The translations under genes and the position numbers were made by a program. From Dehalococcoidia bacterium (GTDB taxonomy: Bacteria; Chloroflexota; Dehalococcoidia; UBA2979): a stretch of 64,000 nucleotides of DNA. The notes under the pieces were generated by a model. The model searched no databases and was not told the DNA's origin. It saw only the letters and a list, made by a program, of their open reading frames with translations. Positions 9,917 through 20,048 of the stretch are shown here, piece after piece. Where the stretch lies: NCBI GenBank assembly GCA_963667465.2, contig CAXXDN010000002.1, positions 1 through 64,000 of the forward strand, written 5' to 3'. Positions within the stretch are counted from its first letter, which is position 1. Every line of letters starts with the position of its first letter.

Positions 9917-10744
9917 CTACATCGCCCGGTAGGCGTTCGCCAGCGTCGAGCGGTCGAAGCCGTGGGGCGTCTCGCCGTTCGCGAAGTCGTAGAGGGCGGC
10001 CTTGAAGATCCCCTCGAGGGCGGTGACCGTGCCGATCGCGAGCGCGACAAGCGGCACGCCGACGGCGATGCCGAGGATCGGGTGCACGAAGAACAGGATC
10101 GCGGCGGGGATCAGGGCGAGGATCACCGCGAGGATGCTGACGAGTCCGAACCCGAAGCTGGCGGCGAACTGGCGCCCCCAGGTCTGGCGCAGCAATCCCG
10201 ACGAGCGCTTGATCGCCTCGATCGGCCCGACGCCCTCGGCGACCAGCACCGGGATCACGAAGAACGTGGCGAGGCTCCAGGCGACGCCGCCAATCCACGA
10301 GGCGACCTGACCGGCGATGCCGCCGCGCTCGCGCAGTGCCTGCAGGATGATCGAGACGATCACCGAGATCAGCGCCCAGGCGAGGATCTGCGGCAGCCGC
10401 GCGGAGGCGGCGCGCAGCCCGGACCCGATGTTCGGGTCGCCGCCTCGCAGCCGCTCCAGCGCCGCGGCCACGAGGGCCGCGTTGAAGAAGATCACGATCG
10501 CCGAGGACACGAAGACGAAGACCAGCCCGAGCACGGCGTCCACGGCGCCCAGCGACTCCTCTGCGCCCTCGGCCGCGGCACGATCGAAGGTGCCCACGGA
10601 GAGGCCGATGCCGGCCATCGCCGCAACGAGCACCAGCACGGCGATGCCCGACATGATCGGGAACAGAATCAACTCGCGGTCCAGCATCAGGACGCGCCAG
10701 CTCATCTTCATCAACTCGAAGGTGTGCCCGATCGTCGCGAACAT
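9917..10744 (-). CDS. Conserved membrane protein (DUF6159-like)
   Basis: SWRVLMLDRELILFP, PVLVAEGVGPIEAIKRS, LRQTWG. Confidence 0.7.
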   Translation of the reverse strand: MFATIGHTFELMKMSWRVLMLDRELILFPIMSGIAVLVLVAAMAGIGLSVGTFDRAAAEGAEESLGAVDAVLGLVFVFVSSAIVIFFNAALVAAALERLRGGDPNIGSGLRAASARLPQILAWALISVIVSIILQALRERGGIAGQVASWIGGVAWSLATFFVIPVLVAEGVGPIEAIKRSSGLLRQTWGRQFAASFGFGLVSILAVILALIPAAILFFVHPILGIAVGVPLVALAIGTVTALEGIFKAALYDFANGETPHGFDRSTLANAYRAM

Positions 10745-10810
10745 GCCGGCCTCCTCGCGCGCTCCGCGAGTATACGAGGGCGCCCGCTGCGTTCATGCGG
10801 GGAAGATCGA

Positions 10811-11119
10811 TCACTCCTCGGTCCTCCTGGGTTCGAAGAACGCCTTGAGGTCTCTCAGAGCGGAGTCGAGTTCATCCGCCTCAGCCGCAGTCGAGGAGCC
10901 AATGAAGTGGTCCAGTGAGGAGCTGACCACGCCCGCTTCGCTCGGGACGAACGTGTGCCCAACGCCCGTGCGGAGGAGCTGCACAGCCGCGTCGTTCAAG
11001 GAGAGCTTCTCATGCCGGGCAAGACGCCGGATGTAGTTCAGTAGTTCGTCGTCGAGGCCAGTGAGGGTGAGTTGGTTCTGGTGTGCGTGCCTCCTCGCCA
11101 GGCTGGTGCTACGAGGCAT
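10811..11119 (-). CDS. Orphan ribbon-helix-helix antitoxin-like protein
   Basis: NQLTLTGLDDELLNYIRRLARHEKLSLNDAAVQLL...SLDHFIGS; no adjacent PIN toxin. Confidence 0.55.
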   Translation of the reverse strand: MPRSTSLARRHAHQNQLTLTGLDDELLNYIRRLARHEKLSLNDAAVQLLRTGVGHTFVPSEAGVVSSSLDHFIGSSTAAEADELDSALRDLKAFFEPRRTEE

Positions 11120-11151
11120 CGTAGCGCGTCGTAGGGTCCTCAGGCGCCGCC

Positions 11152-11544
11152 TCAGTCCGCAGTGATCTCGCGGCGCTCGAAGCGCCACTGGCCGCCGTCG
11201 CGGCGCAGTGTGTCGTGGTAGCGGCGTGTCAGCACCAGCACGGGTGGGTCGTCGGCGCGGAAGACGAGCAGGTCCGAGTGCATCAGCACGCGCTCGCTCT
11301 CGCCCGCGATCGGCTCGAAGACGGAGTTGTAGGTGATGTGGCGCACGTTCGGCAGCCGCTCGCCGCCGTGCAGGAAGAAGTCGCGCAGCTCGCCGTGGCC
11401 CTCGCGGCGGCTGCGGCCGGTGATGAACGTGGCGTCCTCGGTGAAGGTGTCGAGCCAGCCGTCCACATCGTCCGTGTCGTGCGCCATGTTGTAACGCGAG
11501 ACCAGGTCCTGGATCGCCGTCCGGTCGTCTCCTGAGAGCTGCAT
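11152..11544 (-). CDS. NTF2/SnoaL-like protein
   Basis: DRTAIQDLVSRY, FTEDA, YHDTLRRDGGQWRFERR. Confidence 0.85.
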   Translation of the reverse strand: MQLSGDDRTAIQDLVSRYNMAHDTDDVDGWLDTFTEDATFITGRSRREGHGELRDFFLHGGERLPNVRHITYNSVFEPIAGESERVLMHSDLLVFRADDPPVLVLTRRYHDTLRRDGGQWRFERREITAD

Positions 11545-11573
11545 CGTTCCGCCTCCTCGCTCGCGTCCGCCGC

Positions 11574-11873
11574 TCAAGCCGGACTCGGCTCAACGAATCG
11601 CTCGACATCAAGCTCGTTCGCGCGATCGCGCGCCTGCCAGAGGTCGTATGCCGTCTGCATGCCGAGCCAGGTCTCGGGCGAAGATCCGAACGCCTGGGAC
11701 AGGCGCAGGGACATCTCCACCGATATGCCCGCTCGCTTGTTGACGAGGTCGGAGAGGGCCTGCCGGGTGACGCCCAGTCCTTGCGCTGCTCGCGTCACGG
11801 TCAAGCCAAGCGGTTCGAGGCATTCCCAGCGCACGATCTCGCCCGGATGGGGGGGATTCTGCATGGGCATCAC
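11574..11873 (-). CDS. higA: HigA antitoxin
   Basis: NPPHPGE, LGVTRQALS, WLGMQTAYDL. Confidence 0.92.
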   Translation of the reverse strand: MMPMQNPPHPGEIVRWECLEPLGLTVTRAAQGLGVTRQALSDLVNKRAGISVEMSLRLSQAFGSSPETWLGMQTAYDLWQARDRANELDVERFVEPSPA

Positions 11874-11882
11874 GTCACCTCC

Positions 11883-12161
11883 TCAATGGTAGTCCGTGTA
11901 GTCGACGTCGACGGCGTCGCCATTCTCGAATCGGAATGTGACCCGCCAGTTCGCGGAAACCGAGACGGCGTAGTGGCCTCTGAGATTGCCGGTCAACGAG
12001 TGGAGGCGGAACCCCGGGAGGTCCATGCCCCTGGGTGAACGGCTCTGGTCCAGCACCGCCAGGATCCGGGTCAACTTGCTGATATGCTCTGAGGCCACCC
12101 TTCGTGACCCTCGGCCGTTGTAGAGATCCCGGAGTCCCCGGTGTCTGAAGGAGAGGATCAC
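11883..12161 (-). CDS. higB: HigB toxin (RelE/ParE superfamily)
   Basis: SFRHRGL, PGFRLHSLTG, VSANWRVTFRF, DYH end; toxin-first gene order. Confidence 0.92.
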   Translation of the reverse strand: MILSFRHRGLRDLYNGRGSRRVASEHISKLTRILAVLDQSRSPRGMDLPGFRLHSLTGNLRGHYAVSVSANWRVTFRFENGDAVDVDYTDYH

Positions 12162-12183
12162 GGGAGCAGGCTACCCTGTCGCC

Positions 12184-12202
12184 TGTCGCTTGACAAGCGA
12201 CA
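12184..12202. promoter_or_regulatory. Perfect palindrome TGTCGCTTG-A-CAAGCGACA, likely HigA operator
   Basis: 9-bp inverted arms immediately upstream of higB. Confidence 0.65.
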
Positions 12203-12213
12203 CGAGCCGATCC

Positions 12214-13236
12214 CTACCCCCGCTGAAGCTGCTCGATCACGCGCGCGACCTGCTCGTCTCGCGCCGCGTCCTCCGGCAGCGGGAACGTGACGCCGTCGGC
12301 GACGTCGCCGTACCACTCGAGGATCACATCGGCGATGGCGTCGTACGTGCCCTGCGGCATCAGGGCGTCGATCAGCTCGTCGCTGATCAGCGACGACAGC
12401 TCGTCCCAATTGCCCGCCCGCGTCAGCTCGCGCAGCTGCGGGCCGAGCTCCGTGAAGCCGTGCAACTGAAGCGTCGGCCAGTAGGGCGGGGTCGAGTACC
12501 AGAAGCCCATCGATTCGCGCACCACCTCGCGCTGTCTGTCGATCTCCGCCTGCGTCGCGCCCGTGAGCACTTGCAGGCTCGGGATCAGCTCGACCTCCGA
12601 GGGGTCGCGGCCGGTGCGCTTCGCGCCCTCGGCGATGTTGGCGAGGGTGACCTCGCGCAGGTAGCGAGGGCTGGAGTTCGTCGGGTGCGTGAGCACGCCG
12701 TTCGCCAGCTCGCCGGCGAGGCGGCAGATCGCCGGGTTCACCGCCCCGAGCCAGAGTGATGGCGGCGGTACATCGATCGGGCCGGGGTTGAAGCGCGGCT
12801 GCAGGCGCGTGATGCGGTACTGCTCGCCTTCGAAGCGCACGCCGTCGCCGGACTGGAAGGCGCCGAAGATCGCCTGCAGCGCCTGCAGGTACTCGCGCAT
12901 GCGCCCGATCGGCGGCGTCCAGGGTACGCCGTAGCGGCCCTCGATGTTGCCCTTGACCTGCGTACCGAGGCCGAGGTTGAGGCGTCCTCCGGCGAGCTGC
13001 TGCACGCCCCAGGCGCTGTAGGCGAGCTGCATCGGGCTGCGCGGGAAGGCGAGGATGATGGCGGTCACGATGCGCAGCCGCTCGCTGTGCTCGGCGACGA
13101 GCGCGGCGGTGATCATCCCGTCGTTCACTGTCTCCGGCACCTTGATGCCGTCGTAGCCGAGCGCCTCGACGCGGCGTGCATGCGCCGCGACGTCTGCGAA
13201 CGGCGTGTGCGTCCCGGTGCCTGCGTAGACCTTCAT
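12214..13236 (-). CDS. F420-dependent LLM-class oxidoreductase (TIGR03617-like)
   Basis: AFPRSPM, LGLGTQVKGNIEGRYG, FWYSTPPY. Confidence 0.88.
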   Translation of the reverse strand: MKVYAGTGTHTPFADVAAHARRVEALGYDGIKVPETVNDGMITAALVAEHSERLRIVTAIILAFPRSPMQLAYSAWGVQQLAGGRLNLGLGTQVKGNIEGRYGVPWTPPIGRMREYLQALQAIFGAFQSGDGVRFEGEQYRITRLQPRFNPGPIDVPPPSLWLGAVNPAICRLAGELANGVLTHPTNSSPRYLREVTLANIAEGAKRTGRDPSEVELIPSLQVLTGATQAEIDRQREVVRESMGFWYSTPPYWPTLQLHGFTELGPQLRELTRAGNWDELSSLISDELIDALMPQGTYDAIADVILEWYGDVADGVTFPLPEDAARDEQVARVIEQLQRG

Positions 13237-13318
13237 CGCGCCTCGCGCTCCCCTCGGATGCGCCGGTCAGGCTACGCCTCGTCGCGCGGCGCGTCGATGC
13301 ACTCGGGGGGCCGCGTTG

Positions 13319-13777
13319 CTACGAGCCGTCTGCGGAGGTCCAGCGCGTCTGCGTCTCCAGGTAGGCGCCCTCCACCCAGGCGTGGCCGATGCGCGGGCGG
13401 AGCACGTAGAGCGCGGCGTCCTGCCCGGACTCCACAGCGGCCTCGAGCTGGAACGGCTCGCCCGTCGTGGGGTCGACATACTTCTCCCGGAAGGCGGCGG
13501 CGACGGCGGCGGGCGCATCGGGAAACGCCAGCCGCTCGACCCGGCCCTCGACGATGGCGACGTCCTCGCCGCTCTCGACGTGGGCGACGGCGTACGGTTC
13601 GTGCGCGAGGTTGCGGACCTTCTGCCCGTACGTGCCGAACCAGAGCGCGCCGTCCACCCAGACGCCCCAGACCGGCATCGAGTGCGGCCGCCCGTCCGGC
13701 CGCGTCGTCGCGATCCAGTAGATCAGCGACGCCCGCAGGCGGCTGATGGCGCGTTCACGGAAGTGTGGTGCGGTCAC
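13319..13777 (-). CDS. Pyridoxamine 5'-phosphate oxidase-like (F420/FMN split barrel)
   Basis: YWIATTRPDGRPHSMPVWGVW, KVRNL. Confidence 0.88.
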   Translation of the reverse strand: MTAPHFRERAISRLRASLIYWIATTRPDGRPHSMPVWGVWVDGALWFGTYGQKVRNLAHEPYAVAHVESGEDVAIVEGRVERLAFPDAPAAVAAAFREKYVDPTTGEPFQLEAAVESGQDAALYVLRPRIGHAWVEGAYLETQTRWTSADGS

Positions 13778-13778
13778 T

Positions 13779-14270
13779 TCACTCCGCCGAATCTCCGACG
13801 TCCTCGATCGTGATCTTCCAGATCACGTTCGTCCCGGTGTCGGACACCAGGAGCTTGCCATCAGGGGTGGCGATGATCCCGGTTGGGCTGCTGAACCCAC
13901 TGTCCGCGACGATCGAGAGTTCTCCCTCGCGGGTGATCCTGACGACCCGACTGTAGTCCGGGTCCGCCACATACAGCGCACCATCACTGCCGATGGCGAT
14001 GCCCTCAATATACGGCGAGATCGGTCCTCCGTTGCGATGTACCCGCCGCTGTCGATAGATCGAGCCGTCCGGGCCGACGGCGACGCCCTGCGGCTCCGAG
14101 CACTGCGCTTGCGCGCGAGCCCCGTCCCGCAGGCCCTCCCCGGCACGGCCGGAGATGGTGTTGATCTGCCCGGCGGGCGTGATGCGGCGGATCACATCGT
14201 TTCCGGAGTCCGTGACGATCACGTTCCCATCCGCATCGAGCGCCATTCCCCACGGCCGGCAGAACAGCGA
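13779..14270 (-). pseudogene. NHL-repeat protein remnant
   Basis: RPWGMALDADGNVIVTDSGNDVIRRI, EPQGVAVGPDGSIY, GIAIGSDGALYVAD; no plausible N-terminus and one repeat is broken. Confidence 0.6.
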
Positions 14271-14400
14271 GGGAGGGAAGCGCGCCCGCGCATGGCGCCT
14301 GCTACGTGGCGCACGTTCCCTGCGGCGCCGCCCTCGGAGCACCGGGCGCCGGTTGACCGCGCGCCGTAGCGCTGCCAACGATCACAATGAGGAGCCTCGC

Positions 14401-14871
14401 ATGCTGATCGCGCTGCTCGACCTGCTTCGCATCCGCGCCCGCGTCGAACGGGCGCTGGTCCGCTACACGGGCTACTCGCTGCTCAGCCGGCACGTCACGA
14501 GGCGCATCGGCGTGCCCTACGTTTCGACGCTGCTGCTCGTGAGCATCGGGCAGCGCAGCGGCGAGCTGCGCGAGTCACCGCTGTTCTACTTCGAGGACGG
14601 CGCTGACTACTTCGTCGTCGGCTCGATTGGCGGGAGCCCGCGCCACCCGGAGTGGTTCCACAACCTGCTCGCCGATCCGCACGCCTGGGTCTACGTGCGC
14701 CGCCGCCGCATCCCCGTGCTCGCCTCGCTCATCGAGGGCGAAGATCGCGAGCGGCTCTGGCCGATCGCCGCGCGCGCCTACCCGCGCTACGACGAGATGA
14801 TCGAGGAAGCCTACCCGCGCGAGATTCCGCTCGTGCGGCTGAGCCCGCGGACTGCCTGGACCTCCGAGTAG
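14401..14871 (+). CDS. Deazaflavin-dependent nitroreductase, Ddn family
   Basis: GQRSGELRESPL, GSIGGSPRHPEWFHNLLADP, REIPLVRL. Confidence 0.85.
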   Translation: MLIALLDLLRIRARVERALVRYTGYSLLSRHVTRRIGVPYVSTLLLVSIGQRSGELRESPLFYFEDGADYFVVGSIGGSPRHPEWFHNLLADPHAWVYVRRRRIPVLASLIEGEDRERLWPIAARAYPRYDEMIEEAYPREIPLVRLSPRTAWTSE

Positions 14872-15698
14872 CCGGAGCCCGGACTCGTGACGCCCGTGCC
14901 CTTCGCGTGATCGAGCAGGCCGTACTCCTTGAGCAGTCGCTGGTCGTAGGTCACGAGGCCGCTCACCCGCTCGAGCGGCTCCGTCGCGAGCAGCAGTGCG
15001 GACTCGACCATGTAGTCGACCGGGGCGCCCTTGTCGCCCATCCCGGAGGACTCGAGGTGGAAGAGTGCGCCCGGCGTCCGCACCGGCTCCGAGGGCGAAA
15101 CGCAGGAGACGGCGATGCCGTGGCGCTCGACCTCCTCGGCCAGCCCCTGCGTGAAGCGCTCGAGCGCCGCCTTGGTCGAGCCGTAGAGGACAGCGCGGCC
15201 CTCGGCGACGGTGGGGTAGGGGCCGCGGCCGGGACCGATCGCCCCGCCGGAGCCGATGTTCACGATCGCCCCGCGGCCGCGCTCGATCATCCCCGGCAGC
15301 ACGCCCTGCGCGAGCAGGAACGGGGCGTGCACGTTCACCGCGAAGACGCGCAGCCAGCGCCGCTCCGGGATCTCCGCGACCGGCGCGAAGTAGTTCGCCG
15401 CGGCGTTGTTCACGAGGACGTCCACCGGGCCGAACGCCTGCTCCGCCTCGGTCACCAGGCGGCCGCACTCGTCGACCTCGGAGATGTTGGCCGCGATGGC
15501 CTCGGCCTCGCCGCCGGCCTCGCGGATCGCGGCGACCGTGCGTTCGAGCGAGCCCTCGAGCTGGTGATCGCCCTCGCTCAGCGTGCGGGCGACGCAGACG
15601 ACGCGCGCGCCCTCGGCCGCGAAGCGCGCGGCGATCGATTCGCCGATGCCGCGGCTCGCGCCGGTGACCAGAGCGACCTGCCCGTCGAGCTTGCCCAT
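14811..15698 (-). CDS. Short-chain dehydrogenase/reductase
   Basis: TGASRGIG, NNAA, YGSTK. Confidence 0.9.
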   Translation of the reverse strand: MGKLDGQVALVTGASRGIGESIAARFAAEGARVVCVARTLSEGDHQLEGSLERTVAAIREAGGEAEAIAANISEVDECGRLVTEAEQAFGPVDVLVNNAAANYFAPVAEIPERRWLRVFAVNVHAPFLLAQGVLPGMIERGRGAIVNIGSGGAIGPGRGPYPTVAEGRAVLYGSTKAALERFTQGLAEEVERHGIAVSCVSPSEPVRTPGALFHLESSGMGDKGAPVDYMVESALLLATEPLERVSGLVTYDQRLLKEYGLLDHAKGTGVTSPGSGYSEVQAVRGLSRTSGISRG

Positions 15699-15832
15699 GT
15701 GCCTGTTCCTCCGCCCGCTGCACCGTCGCCGCGCGGCGCTGATCTGTCAACGATACGGCTGCGCCCAGCGCGCCGCAGGCGTAGGCTGGTGCGCGCAGGC
15801 CGGCGGGGGCCGGCAGACAAGGCCAGGCGCGC

Positions 15833-17236
15833 ATGAGGCGTCTCGGACGCAGGCTCCCCGGCGACCGGGTGGTGCGTCGCCCGCGGCGTCGCTCGGAGAC
15901 GGTGCGCGTCGGCGTCATGCGTCGACGCAGCTTCCGGCCCCGGCCCTGGATGGTGCCGGCCGCCTTCGCCGTCCTGATCGCGATCGGCGCGCTGCTGCTC
16001 TCGCTGCCCGTCGCCTCCGAGTCCGGCGAATGGACCAACGGCTGGGACGCCCTCTTCACCGCCACCTCGGCGATCTGCGTCACGGGTCTCGTGCGCTTCG
16101 ACACCGCCGACCAGTTCAGCTTCTTCGGCGAGCTCGTCATCATCGTGCTGATCCAGCTCGGCGGGCTCGGCGTCACGCTGTACGCGGGGATGCTGATCCT
16201 GTTCGTCGGTGGGCAGTTCGGCCTGCGCGGTCGCGACTTTTTCGGCATCGAGCTGATCGGCGACAGCGAGCGCGACGTGCGCCGCCTGCTGCGGCGCGCC
16301 GCACTCTTCATCTTCACGCTCGAGGCCGCCACGTTCCTGCTGCTGCTGCCCTGGTCGCTGACGAAGTGGGATCCGGCCCCGGCGGTCTGGCGCGCCTTCT
16401 TCCACGCGCTGTCCGCCTCCAACTGCGCGGGCTTCGATCTGATGGGCGAGGGCCGCGGGTTCAGCGGGCAGGTCGCCGAGCCCTACCCGCTTCTCGTGAT
16501 GGGGACTGCCGCCCTCTTCGGTAGCCTCTCCTTCATCACCGTCTTCAACCTGCGAACGCGTCCGCGGCGCTGGTCGCTCGATACAAGGCTGGTCGTGATC
16601 GGGATGGTGGCGGTGCAGCTGGCCGCCATGCTGGTCTTCGCCAGCCTCGAGCTGCGCGCGGGCAATCCGCTGAGCGGGCTCAACCCCTTCGAGGCACTCG
16701 CCAACATCTACTTCCTCGCCGTGAATCGCACGACCGGCATGTCCACCGTCGAGATCGCCGCGCTGGAGGATGCGAGCATCGCGATCCTGCTCCCGCTGAT
16801 GTTCATCGGCGGCGCGTCCACCTCCACCGCCAGCGGGATCAAGATCGGAACCTTCATGGTGTCGCTCGTCGTCATCCTCTCCGCCCTGCGCGGCAGGCAC
16901 AGCGCGCAGGTCTTCGGGCGCGAGATTCCGCAGGCGATCGTGCTGCGCGCGACGGCCGTCACGCTGCTCGGCGTGTTCCTGCTCGCCGGTGGACTGTCGT
17001 TGGCGTTGCTGTTCGAGGACGGGCCGTTCCTGCCGCTGCTCTTCGAGGTCATGTCCGGCCTCGCCAACGTCGGCTGGTCGATGGGCGCCACGGCGAACCT
17101 CACCACGCCCGGCGTCATCCTGCTCACCGCCCTGATGTTCATCGGACGGCTCGGGCCACTGATCGTCGCGATCTCGATCCCGGACCGCCCACAGGAGCGT
17201 TACCGTTACCCGCACGGGCGGGTACGCATCGGATAG
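15833..17236 (+). CDS. ktrB: KtrB/TrkH potassium uptake membrane subunit
   Basis: FTATSAICVTGL, LIQLGGLG, MFIGGASTSTASGIK, MFIGRLGP; start uncertain. Confidence 0.9.
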   Translation: MRRLGRRLPGDRVVRRPRRRSETVRVGVMRRRSFRPRPWMVPAAFAVLIAIGALLLSLPVASESGEWTNGWDALFTATSAICVTGLVRFDTADQFSFFGELVIIVLIQLGGLGVTLYAGMLILFVGGQFGLRGRDFFGIELIGDSERDVRRLLRRAALFIFTLEAATFLLLLPWSLTKWDPAPAVWRAFFHALSASNCAGFDLMGEGRGFSGQVAEPYPLLVMGTAALFGSLSFITVFNLRTRPRRWSLDTRLVVIGMVAVQLAAMLVFASLELRAGNPLSGLNPFEALANIYFLAVNRTTGMSTVEIAALEDASIAILLPLMFIGGASTSTASGIKIGTFMVSLVVILSALRGRHSAQVFGREIPQAIVLRATAVTLLGVFLLAGGLSLALLFEDGPFLPLLFEVMSGLANVGWSMGATANLTTPGVILLTALMFIGRLGPLIVAISIPDRPQERYRYPHGRVRIG

Positions 17237-17265
17237 CGCAGTGCGCGCAGCGAGAGGAACGAACG

Positions 17266-17898
17266 ATGCAGATCGCCGTACTCGGACTTGGGCGCTTCGG
17301 ATCGCAGATCGTCCGTGAGCTCGGCCAACTCGGCCACGAGGTGCTCGCGGTCGATCTGAACGAGGCGAGCGTGGAGCGGGCGGCGCCCCACTGCGCGAAG
17401 GCCGCCGTCGCCGACATCACCAACGAACTGGCGCTGCGCGACCTCGGCGTTGGCGGCGTCGATGCCGCCGTCGTCTCCACCGGCGTGATCGACGCGAGCG
17501 TGCTCGCGGCGATGAACGTGCAGTCGCTCGGCGTGAGCGCGGTCTACGCCAAGGCATCGAACGAGCTGCACGCATCGATCCTCGAGCGCATCGGGGTCAC
17601 CCGCGTCGTCCAGCCGGAGCGCGACGGAGGCGAGCGCTTCGCCCACCTGCTGCGCGTGCAGGGCGCGCGCGACTACATCTCCGTGAGCCACGACTACGGG
17701 ATCGCCATCCTGGACGCGCCGGAGCACCTGCACGGCCGGACTCTCGGCGAGGTCGACAGCCACGCTGGGACGCGGCGCCTGCTGATCGCCGTGCGGAGCG
17801 GCGAGGTTGAACTCAACCCCGTCCGCGATCGCACGATCGGCCCCGGCGACCTGCTCGTCTTCGCCGGCCGTGACGAGGACCTCGCCCGCGAGCTGTGA
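17266..17898 (+). CDS. ktrA: KtrA/TrkA RCK subunit
   Basis: GLGRFG Rossmann motif, VLAVD, PERDGG. Confidence 0.9.
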   Translation: MQIAVLGLGRFGSQIVRELGQLGHEVLAVDLNEASVERAAPHCAKAAVADITNELALRDLGVGGVDAAVVSTGVIDASVLAAMNVQSLGVSAVYAKASNELHASILERIGVTRVVQPERDGGERFAHLLRVQGARDYISVSHDYGIAILDAPEHLHGRTLGEVDSHAGTRRLLIAVRSGEVELNPVRDRTIGPGDLLVFAGRDEDLAREL

Positions 17899-17944
17899 TC
17901 CGGCGGTCCACCCGTACGGCTATCGTGTCGGGGGAGGCCCTCGA

Positions 17945-19105
17945 ATGATCCGTAGCGCTCGCGCCTTCCTGCCCGCCCTCGCGCTCGCCTTCGCGGCGCT
18001 GGGGGCGGCCTGCGCCGCCGAGGACACGGAGCGCGCGCTGCACGTCGTCACGATTGAGCGGCAGGTGGACGGCGTGCTCGCGAGCTACATCGATCGCGCG
18101 ATCGACCACGCCGAGGACAGCCGCGGTCGCGCCGTACTGCTGCGCGTCGACACGCCCGGCGGGGAGATCGGCGCAATGAAGGAGATCGTCGGGCGCATCG
18201 AGCGCTCCGAGGTTCCCGTCATCACCTGGGTCGGCCCGCCGGGCGCGGAAGCCGTCTCGGCGGGCACGTTCGTCGCCATGGCCGGCCACGTCGCCGCGAT
18301 GGCGCCGAACACGACGATCGGCGCGGCCACGCCGGTCACCGCCACGGGCGAGGACGTCGAGGGCGCCCTCGGGCGCAAGGTCACCAACGACACCGTCGCC
18401 TTCGCGCGCGGCGTGGCCGAGTTGCGCGGGCGCAATGCGGACTGGGCCGAGGACGCCGTCCGCCGGGCGCGCTCCGCAACCCCGAACGAGGCGCTCGAGC
18501 TGAACGTGGTCGACCTCATCGCCGCGAGCGAGTCGGAGCTGCTCGCCGCGGTCGAGGGCCGCGAGGTGGAGTTGATCGACGGGCGGACGCTCGTGTTGCA
18601 GCTCGCGATCGCGCCGCGCATCGAGAACGAGCTCAATGCCTACGAGCGGATCGTTGCCTTCCTCGGCGATCCGCTGGTGGTCACGCTGCTGCTGCTGATC
18701 GGCATAGTCGGGATCGTGACGGAGCTGTTCTTCGCGCCGGGCTCGTTCCTTCCCGGTGTCGCCGGGGCGCTCGCGCTGCTGCTGTTCTTCCTCGGCGTGG
18801 GCACGCTGCTGCCTGCTGAGGCCGCGCTCGCCTTCGTGGTGCTGGCCGTGTTGCTGATCGTGTTGGAGCTGTTCCTGCCCACTGGAGGCGTGCTGGGCGC
18901 CGGGGCGGCGCTCGCGCTCGCCTTCGCGATCGGCATCGGTATCGGGCAAGGCTCGACGGACCTCACGATCGCGCGGCTGGTGGTGATCGTGCTCGCGGTT
19001 GCCGGCGTCATCGCGCTGCTGGTCGCCGCCTTCCTCGCGTACTTCGCCGCGCGCTACTGGGCGCCGAACGAGCCGCCCGAGGCGGACCCGGCGGACCCGG
19101 CGTAA
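17945..19105 (+). CDS. NfeD-family membrane serine protease (ClpP-like domain plus TM; no C-terminal OB domain seen)
   Basis: DTPGG, SAGTF, IGAATPV, KVTND, RGRNADWAE. Confidence 0.85.
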   Translation: MIRSARAFLPALALAFAALGAACAAEDTERALHVVTIERQVDGVLASYIDRAIDHAEDSRGRAVLLRVDTPGGEIGAMKEIVGRIERSEVPVITWVGPPGAEAVSAGTFVAMAGHVAAMAPNTTIGAATPVTATGEDVEGALGRKVTNDTVAFARGVAELRGRNADWAEDAVRRARSATPNEALELNVVDLIAASESELLAAVEGREVELIDGRTLVLQLAIAPRIENELNAYERIVAFLGDPLVVTLLLLIGIVGIVTELFFAPGSFLPGVAGALALLLFFLGVGTLLPAEAALAFVVLAVLLIVLELFLPTGGVLGAGAALALAFAIGIGIGQGSTDLTIARLVVIVLAVAGVIALLVAAFLAYFAARYWAPNEPPEADPADPA

Positions 19106-19121
19106 CGAGGTCCGGCGTGGC

Positions 19122-20048
19122 TCAGGCGTCGAGCGTCGCGGCCGTCAGGCGGTCGCCCGGGCTCAGCACCTCGGAGGCCGCGACCTTGCCGCCGTCCGCG
19201 CGCACACGGCCGACGGTCAGCACGCCGCCAATCACGGCGATGCGCGCCGGCCCCGGGTTCGCGGCGTCGGGCTCCAGCACCGTGCCGATCGGCTCCGCGG
19301 GGGCGGCGGGCGCGAGCGAGGGGTCGAAGAGCCGCACCCGCGCCTCGCCGAGCGCCGCGATCGCGCCCGGCGCGGGGTCGCAGCCGCGCACGTGGTTGAA
19401 CACCGCGCGCGCCGGGCGGGACCAGTCGACCAGCGCGTGCTCGTCGTCGAAGGGCGGCTCGTAGGTAGCCTCTGCGTGGTCCTGCTCGATGCGCGGGGCG
19501 CGACCCTCCCGCACCAGCGCCGTGGCCTCGGCCAGCGCCGCGATGCCCTGCGGGTAGAGCCGCTCGAAGTAGAGCGAGCCCATCGTGTCGCCGGGCCGGA
19601 TCTCGACCGTGCGCTGGAGCAGGATCGGGCCGGTGTCGATGCCCTCGTCGACCCAGAAGATGGTCAGGCCGGTCTCCGTGTCGCCGTTGACGACGGGCCA
19701 GTTCATCGCCGAGCGTCCGCGGTACTTCGGCAGCAGCGAGGGGTGGTACTGGATCGCGCCGTGCGTGGCCGCGTCGAGCACGTTCTTGCGCACGATGTCG
19801 GTCACGAAGGCGAAGACGATCAGCTCCGGCTCCCACGCGCGGTAGGTGTCGAAGGCCTCCTCGCGGCGCAGCGCGCGCGTCTCCAGCCAGGGCAGGCCAG
19901 CCTCCTCGGCCGCGGCGCGCAGCGGGTCGGGGCGGCCGCCCTCGGGCGTCCGAGGCGTGGAGACGCCGACGATCTGCTCGCCGGCCTCGCGCAGCGCGTT
20001 GAAGGTGTCCACACCGAACGCGGCTTGCCCGAAGATCGCGATCCTCAC
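19122..20048 (-). CDS. Formyltransferase-family protein (Fmt/10-formyl-THF hydrolase-like)
   Basis: RIAIFGQAAFG, YHPSLLPKYRGRSAMNW, GLTIFWVDEGIDTGPILLQ, RGCDPAPGA. Confidence 0.88.
   Translation of the reverse strand: MRIAIFGQAAFGVDTFNALREAGEQIVGVSTPRTPEGGRPDPLRAAAEEAGLPWLETRALRREEAFDTYRAWEPELIVFAFVTDIVRKNVLDAATHGAIQYHPSLLPKYRGRSAMNWPVVNGDTETGLTIFWVDEGIDTGPILLQRTVEIRPGDTMGSLYFERLYPQGIAALAEATALVREGRAPRIEQDHAEATYEPPFDDEHALVDWSRPARAVFNHVRGCDPAPGAIAALGEARVRLFDPSLAPAAPAEPIGTVLEPDAANPGPARIAVIGGVLTVGRVRADGGKVAASEVLSPGDRLTAATLDA

Noticed and set aside
14811-14871. 61-bp convergent overlap of the Ddn and SDR genes as antisense regulation
   Set aside because: Most simply a stop-codon loss extending the tails in GC-rich DNA; no further support.
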